NCBI GenBank assembly: GCA_963721805.1
Contig: CAVRJY010000004.1
Location: 224,001 to 288,000, forward strand
Direction of reading: 5' to 3'
DNA length: 64,000 nt
Source: Nitrospirota bacterium
GTDB lineage: Bacteria; Nitrospirota; Thermodesulfovibrionia; Thermodesulfovibrionales; JdFR-86
This document shows positions 56,583 through 64,000 of this stretch, piece after piece. The first letter of the stretch is position 1, and each line of letters starts with the position of its first letter. Under the pieces are notes generated by a model. That model worked only from the letters and a program-made list of their open reading frames with translations. It ran no database searches and had not been told where the DNA came from. The position numbers and the translations under genes are program-made.

Positions 56583-59500
56583 TTATGAGTCCGCAGGGCC
56601 GTGCCGCAGGCTGGCGCGGAGCACCTCTGTAAGTCTATCAAACTCAGAGTTCAGAAGTCCATGAACTACGGCGGCCGCAGCCTCGATGTCCCCGGCCGAC
56701 GCGGCGCGTTCAACCCCGGCCGAGGCCGCGCTCACCGCGGAGCCCCCGATGCTTGCGCTCGCGCCCTTGATCGAATGCGCGATGCGCCCGGCTGATGCGG
56801 CGTCGCCTTTTTCGATTGCCTCGCGCAGGATCCGCAGCTCGCCCGGCATCTTCTGAAGATAGTCGGCCCACAGCTCACGCAGGAGCCGCCCGTCGCCCTC
56901 TAACCTTTTTAGCGCGGCCCCGCTGTCGAGCACTGCCGGATGTCCGATCGAAAGCCCGTCTATGACCTCGGCCACCTCTCGCACGTGAAAGGGCTTGGGG
57001 AGGTAGGCCGAAAAGCCGCTCTCAAGCAGCCGCTCGCGGTCGCCGGCCATCGAGTAGGCCGTAAGGGCCACTATCGGTATCGCCGGATCATAGCATGGCG
57101 ACGAGGGGTCGCGGATCAGGCGAGTGGCCTCTACCCCGTCCATGAGGGGCATCTGTATGTCCATGAGTATCGCGTCGAAGCGGCCGGTTGAGAGCAGGTC
57201 AAGGGCCTCCTGCCCGTTAGCAACTATCACGGCCTCGTGGCCGAGGTTGCCAAGCACGCTTAGCAGCAGCTTTTGGTTTATTGTGTTGTCCTCGGCGACC
57301 AGTATGCGCCTTCCGGTGGCCCTGCGGCCGGGCCGGCGGGCGGGCGGCCTGCCCGCCTTCGCGTGTCTGCACCCCGAGCCGTCAGCGGCCTTCAGCAGCG
57401 CACCGCTGAGCTCGTCGATGAAGACTGGCTTGCTTACGCAGTCCCATACGCCAAGCTCGTGGCACCTCGCCGAATCGCAGCGCATCGAGGCCGGGGTGAC
57501 GAGTATGACCAGGGGCGGCTCCCTCCGGCTGTTAGGCTTGATCCGCGCTACGTCCATCGTGGCGTCCAGCAGCAGCGTGTCAGGAGCTTTTTCGAATGCG
57601 CATGTCAGCTCAAGGGCGTCCGAGACGTCGACCGCCTCGGTGACATCGGCCCCCCAGCCCTCGAGGGCCTCTCGGAGCATCGCGCGGACGTGGGAGTTGT
57701 CGTCGACCACGAGCGTGGAGCAGCCGTGCATGTCCGGCACGCTACTATGGGCACTTACATTGCCGTCTTCGGGGATGCCGAACGCGACGGTGAAGCAAAA
57801 CCTGCTGCCCTTCCCCTCCTCGCCCTCGGCCCATATGCGGCCGCCCATCGCCTCCACTATCCGGCGCGATATCGCAAGCCCGAGCCCGGTGCCGCCGAAC
57901 CGCCTCGTCGTCGAGCTGTCGGCCTGCGTGAAGGACTCGAATATTACCTCGCGCTTTGCGGCCGGGATGCCGATGCCCGTGTCGCTGACGCTGAACATAA
58001 GCCCTGCGCCAGAGGGGCCGCCTGCGCGTCCGTCCAGGCTGGCTTCGAGCAGCACATGGCCGTATTCCGTGAACTTCACCGCGTTGCCGACGAGGTTAAG
58101 GAGCACCTGTCTGAGGCGCGCCGCATCGCCTGATACGCGGCGGGGCACGTCCGGCCTCAGGTGCACGACCAACTCGAGCCCCTTGCCCTCGGCCTGAAAC
58201 GCGAGCGGCTCGAGCGCGCGGTCGACCGTCTCCCAGAGGTCGAACTCCTCCTGCTCGAGCTCGACCCGGCCGGACTCGATCCGCGAGAAGTCCAGGACGT
58301 CGTTTATGATCTTAAGGAGCGTGCCGGTGGAGTGCTTTATAAGCGAGACGTACTCCTGCTGCTCCTCGTCGAGGCTGCTTTCCACCAGCAGGTCCGTCAT
58401 GCCGATGATGCCGTTTAGGGGGGTGCGCAGCTCGTGGCTCATGTTGGCGACGAACTCGCCCTTGGCGCGGCTCGTGGCCTCGGCGATCTCCACGGCCTGC
58501 TGCAGGGCCTCCTCGGTGCGTTTGCGGGCCGTTATGTCGTCGAATATCCAGATCGAGCCCCGTGAGGGGTCATCGCTATCTATGACGGACTCCCGGATCG
58601 AGACCCAGAGCTGCGAGCCGTCCCTGGTCCTCATGCGCGCCTCGGAGCTGATCGAGGAGCCCTCTGCGGCGCGTTCGGCCCCGGCCCGCCCGAGCTTCCC
58701 GAATTCAGCGGCCGAGGCGAAGAACCCCTCCATGCCGAGGCTCGCGGCCTCCTTGCGCGGCCAGCCGAACATCTGCTCGAACCTCCTGTTTACGCGCACG
58801 ACCTGAGCGTCGCGCAGATAGGCTATGCCGACCCCGGCGTTCTCGAGTATTATGTTCAGCTCGACCAGGACGCCCTCCAGCGTCTCTTCCGCCTTCTTGC
58901 GCTCTGTGATATCGCGCACGATGCCGCTGAAGAAGACCTCGCCCCCGGAGCTCCACATCCCGAGCGAGAGGTCGACCGGAAACCGCCCGCCGCCCTTTCT
59001 GAGGCCCGCAAGCTCTACGGTCTTGCCGATCAGGTGCGGCGCGGCCGGCTGCGATCTGAGGCGGGACATGCCCTTGGTGTGCAGGTCGCGGTACTCATCC
59101 GGGATGATGGTCGTCAGCGGCATGCCGATGATCTCATCGGCCGCGTATCCGAAGATCGCCTCCGCGCCGCTGTTCCAAGAGACGACGCGCAGGTCCCTGT
59201 CCGCGATGATTATCGCGTCCGAGGCCGACTGCACGACCGAGCGGAACCGCTTCTCGGACGCGGCGAGCTCGGCCGACATCCTCCGGCGCTCGGTCACGTC
59301 CCGAAGCGCGAAGACCATGCCGTGCACCCTGCCGGACTCGCCGGCAATCGCCGATACCGTCAGGTCGACCTCGATCTTCCCGCCGTCGCGGTCTATCAAT
59401 ATATAGTCGCCCGTGAGCTCGTGGCCCTGTCCGCCGCAGGCCCTGGCGGTCAGGTCGTCGATGAAGACCGCAGCGCCCCCGGATTCGATCCTGAGGATGC

Positions 59501-60065
59501 CCTCGATATTCTTGCCCTCGGCCATGGCCATGTTTATGCCGAGCATGTTTTCGGCGAGCGGGTTTAGGTAGGTTATGAGGTCGTCGGTGTCGGTCGTGAT
59601 TATCGCCTCGTGTATGCTGCGCAGCGTCGCGGCCATCCAGCGCTCGCGCTCCTTGAGCTTGAGGTTGATCTCGTGGCGGCGCAGCGCGACCTCTATCGCT
59701 ATCCTCAGGTCGTTTTCCTCGAAGGGTTTTAGCAGGTAGGCGTCGGGCTCGGCCTCCTTGGCGCGCTGGAACGTCTGCTCCTCGGAGTTCGCGGTAAGGA
59801 AGATAACCGGTATGTCGCGCTCGCTGCGGATGGCCTTGGCCGCGTCGATGCCGTCCATCGGGCCCTTGAGCATGACGTCCATCAGGACGAGGTCCGGGGG
59901 GTCGGCCGCGGCGGATTTAATCGCATCGCCGCCGGAAGCGACCGAGTCCGTGACCCTGTAGCCCAAGCGCTCGAGGCGCATGGCTATATCGGCCGCAACG
60001 AGGCGCGAGTCCTCGACCACGAGGACCCGCGAGGGGTTGCCCTCTATCCTTATCCTGTCGGGCAC
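56583..60065 (-). CDS. Cytoplasmic hybrid histidine kinase (REC, 3 PAS, HisKA, HATPase, 2 REC, HPt)
   Basis: FVANMSHELRTPL, NLVGNAVKFT, DTGIG, GGTGLGL, MDIQMP, AHSIKGAS. Confidence 0.93.
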   Translation of the reverse strand: MPDRIRIEGNPSRVLVVEDSRLVAADIAMRLERLGYRVTDSVASGGDAIKSAAADPPDLVLMDVMLKGPMDGIDAAKAIRSERDIPVIFLTANSEEQTFQRAKEAEPDAYLLKPFEENDLRIAIEVALRRHEINLKLKERERWMAATLRSIHEAIITTDTDDLITYLNPLAENMLGINMAMAEGKNIEGILRIESGGAAVFIDDLTARACGGQGHELTGDYILIDRDGGKIEVDLTVSAIAGESGRVHGMVFALRDVTERRRMSAELAASEKRFRSVVQSASDAIIIADRDLRVVSWNSGAEAIFGYAADEIIGMPLTTIIPDEYRDLHTKGMSRLRSQPAAPHLIGKTVELAGLRKGGGRFPVDLSLGMWSSGGEVFFSGIVRDITERKKAEETLEGVLVELNIILENAGVGIAYLRDAQVVRVNRRFEQMFGWPRKEAASLGMEGFFASAAEFGKLGRAGAERAAEGSSISSEARMRTRDGSQLWVSIRESVIDSDDPSRGSIWIFDDITARKRTEEALQQAVEIAEATSRAKGEFVANMSHELRTPLNGIIGMTDLLVESSLDEEQQEYVSLIKHSTGTLLKIINDVLDFSRIESGRVELEQEEFDLWETVDRALEPLAFQAEGKGLELVVHLRPDVPRRVSGDAARLRQVLLNLVGNAVKFTEYGHVLLEASLDGRAGGPSGAGLMFSVSDTGIGIPAAKREVIFESFTQADSSTTRRFGGTGLGLAISRRIVEAMGGRIWAEGEEGKGSRFCFTVAFGIPEDGNVSAHSSVPDMHGCSTLVVDDNSHVRAMLREALEGWGADVTEAVDVSDALELTCAFEKAPDTLLLDATMDVARIKPNSRREPPLVILVTPASMRCDSARCHELGVWDCVSKPVFIDELSGALLKAADGSGCRHAKAGRPPARRPGRRATGRRILVAEDNTINQKLLLSVLGNLGHEAVIVANGQEALDLLSTGRFDAILMDIQMPLMDGVEATRLIRDPSSPCYDPAIPIVALTAYSMAGDRERLLESGFSAYLPKPFHVREVAEVIDGLSIGHPAVLDSGAALKRLEGDGRLLRELWADYLQKMPGELRILREAIEKGDAASAGRIAHSIKGASASIGGSAVSAASAGVERAASAGDIEAAAAVVHGLLNSEFDRLTEVLRASLRHGPADS

Positions 60066-60069
60066 GCGG

Positions 60070-60897
60070 TTATTTTATGTCCCTTCTGAGGAAGGCGATA
60101 GTCCCTCCGGCGAGCACCATCGCCGCGCACAGCAGCTGCCCCATGCTGAAGGGGCCGACGATGAACCCAAGCTGGACGTCCGGCTCGCGGAAGAACTCAA
60201 GGACGAAGCGCACGACGCCGTACCCGGCGAGATACAGCGAAAGCTGGAATCCCGAAAACGGCCTCAGCCTGCGAAGCGGCCAGATCAGCAAAAACAGCCC
60301 GAGCCCCTCAAAGGTAGCCTCATACAGCTGCGAGGGGTGGCGCAGCTGGCCGGTCGGGTCGGAAGGGAAATACATCCCGAGCGGAGAGTCGGTCGGCCTG
60401 CCGTAGAGCTCGCCGTTTACGAAGTTGCCGAGCCTCCCGAACATATACCCAAGCGGTATCGCAGGGACGACGAAGTCCGCGAAGTCCCAAAAGTTCACCT
60501 TGTGCCGCCTGAGGCAGAGCCACCCGGCCAGCACGACGCCCACGAGACCGCCGTGGTATGACATCCCGGCGATGCCCGTGTACTTTATCCCCTCCGGCGT
60601 GTACTCAAACGGAAGGAACGCCTCGAGCGGGTGCGCGGCGTAGTATCCGGGGTTATAGATGAAGACGTAGCCTATCCTGGCCCCTGCGACGAGCCCTACA
60701 GCGACCCAGAAGATGAAGTCCTCGAGCACGCGGGGGTCAAACGGCGCGGCCTCGCGCTTGATCCTGTAAAGCGAGAGCAGGTATACGGTGGCGAAGGCCA
60801 GGACGTACATCATCCCGTACCAGCCGACGCGGAAGGATCCGATATGGATTATGTAGGGGTTCATATGCGACGGCAGGTCGCTCCACCACGTGTGCAT
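60070..60897 (-). CDS. lgt: Prolipoprotein diacylglyceryl transferase
   Basis: WYGMMY, GARIGY, GMSYHGG, GRLGNFVNGELYG, RHPSQLYE, EFFREPD. Confidence 0.96.
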   Translation of the reverse strand: MHTWWSDLPSHMNPYIIHIGSFRVGWYGMMYVLAFATVYLLSLYRIKREAAPFDPRVLEDFIFWVAVGLVAGARIGYVFIYNPGYYAAHPLEAFLPFEYTPEGIKYTGIAGMSYHGGLVGVVLAGWLCLRRHKVNFWDFADFVVPAIPLGYMFGRLGNFVNGELYGRPTDSPLGMYFPSDPTGQLRHPSQLYEATFEGLGLFLLIWPLRRLRPFSGFQLSLYLAGYGVVRFVLEFFREPDVQLGFIVGPFSMGQLLCAAMVLAGGTIAFLRRDIK

Positions 60898-60899
60898 CG

Positions 60900-61379
60900 C
60901 TATTGCCCCTCCTCCTCGTCATCGTCGCGGCATCCGCCCTCGCGCCGGAGCCTGCACGCGGCCGCGTGCACCGCGAAGTATGACGCCACCGAAGCGATCA
61001 GCCCGACTATCGCGGTGCCGACCAGTATCGGGACGAACATCTGCCCGAGGCCGTCTATCATGTTGGTCACGTTGAAGATCGTCCAGTCGAGCTGCGGCAC
61101 GACGATGCTCCGGCCCATCACATAGAGCCCCACCCAGAGGCAGAACGAGTATATCGGGATCACGGTCCAGGGGTTGGTGACGAGCACCGCGGCGATGAGC
61201 ACCGCGCGGTTGAGGTTCAGCAGCCAGGATACGGCGAGCGCCAGGAGTATGTGCAGGCCGAAAAACGGCGAGAGTCCGATGAACAGCCCTATCGCAAAGG
61301 ACGTGGCGATGCGGCGGGGGCTGTCCTTGACGCCCAGGACGCCCCGTATACGGTCGGCTATCGTTATCCGCCCGCTCAT
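60900..61379 (-). CDS. DUF2062-family membrane protein
   Basis: DSPRRIA.SFAIGLFIG.SPF.G.H, LNR, VTNPWT. Confidence 0.8.
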   Translation of the reverse strand: MSGRITIADRIRGVLGVKDSPRRIATSFAIGLFIGLSPFFGLHILLALAVSWLLNLNRAVLIAAVLVTNPWTVIPIYSFCLWVGLYVMGRSIVVPQLDWTIFNVTNMIDGLGQMFVPILVGTAIVGLIASVASYFAVHAAACRLRREGGCRDDDEEEGQ

Positions 61380-61386
61380 CGCGCGA

Positions 61387-62379
61387 TCACCCGAAGTGGC
61401 GGTAGCCCGCAGGCTTGAGCCGCGTTGTACGTCCGTCAGCGCGCCTTAGCCGCAGCCCGTCAGCCTGCGCCGTTATCCGGCCTATTGCCACCGCGCCCCC
61501 GGGCGGCCTGACGTTATGCGGCATCGTAAAGAGCAGCTCGTAGTCCTCGCCGCCGTCGAGCGCCAGAGTTAATGGATCCAGCCCAAGAGAGCCTGCGGCC
61601 TCGCGCAGCGCGCCGGAGAGCGGGACAGCCCCCTCCTCGATCCTCGCGCCGCGGCCGCTTTCCTCGCAGAGCCTGAACAGGTCTATCGAAAGCCCGTCGC
61701 TTATGTCCATCATCGCGTTAACTTTCCCCTCGGGCGCGCTTCTGGCCTCGGGCATCAGGTGCCTTGCGATCAGGGGCCTTACGACGTCCCACCGAAGCGA
61801 CCCGATGCGCTGCCTTCGCGCAAGCTCAACCGGCCTCCCGTGGCGCTTCATGAGCTGCAGCCCGCATGCGGCATCCCCCAGCGGGCCCGTCACATATATT
61901 ATATCTCCAATGGCGGCCCCGCTTCTGAGCACCGGCCGCCTGGCGTATCCTATCACCGTGGCCGAGAGGCAGATGCCCCCCGTCGAGGCCGAGACGTCGC
62001 CCCCGACTAACGCGATATTATACCGCCCAAGCCCTTCTGAAACGCCCTCGAATATGCGGTCTATCACGCGGGCGGCGGTATCTCCGGGTGCGGCGAGGCC
62101 GACCAGGAGCGCCGAGGTCGCGCCGCCCATCGCGCTTATGTCGCTTACGTTAGCCGAGACGAGCTTGATAGCCCGCCTGCCGGGGCGTGCAGTATGCGAG
62201 GTCGAAGTGCACGCCCTCGAGCATCATGTCCGTAGAGACCAGGAGCCTCATGCCCTGCGGCGGGCTCAGCACCGCCGCGTCATCGCCGATCCCGGTGAGC
62301 ACGCCAGCCGCACGGGCGCCGGAGGGAAAACCCTCGCGGATGCCGCGGACGAGCCGGAGTTCGCCCCGCTGAGAAAGCC

Positions 62380-62383
<4 letters not shown>
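61387..62383 (-). CDS. thiL: Thiamine-monophosphate kinase, with one extra base near 62167
   Basis: [21 protein letters not shown], then after the shift [34 protein letters not shown] overlaps the lon stop (ATGA). Confidence 0.92.

Positions 62384-64000
<1,617 letters not shown>

Overview
GC-rich bacterial chromosome segment. Gene content and order suggest a Nitrospirota/Desulfobacterota-like organism (inference only). Left to right: (1) an AT-richer segment with the 5' part of a secreted Gly-rich protein gene, next to the 3' end of tRNA-Leu(CAA), probably a genomic island edge; (2) a surface-glycan cluster (3 glycosyltransferases, an AsnB-type amidotransferase, 3 SAM methyltransferases, Trm112, flippase); (3) a redox/metal block: peroxiredoxin with an in-frame TGA at the catalytic position plus a SECIS-like hairpin, bacterioferritin-like protein, YkgJ cysteine-cluster protein, a kinase/CZB-chemoreceptor/receiver operon, and an ArsR operon whose second gene is an unannotated 63-aa zinc-ribbon protein with a probable C-terminal selenocysteine; (4) a split chemosensory system with c-di-GMP-type motifs (MshEN-like in CheA and in a J-domain protein, plus PilZ), a STAND-TPR protein, cysQ/cysC, fumC and moaA; (5) a full dcw cluster from mraZ to ftsZ; (6) site-2 protease, rimO, two-component genes, lgt, thiL and the 3' part of lon. 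Four single-base frameshifts (kinase, murD, murE, thiL) look like assembly errors. The best candidate for an undescribed system is the ArsR plus seleno-zinc-ribbon operon at 16066-16708. All calls come from reading motifs by eye; no database searches were run.
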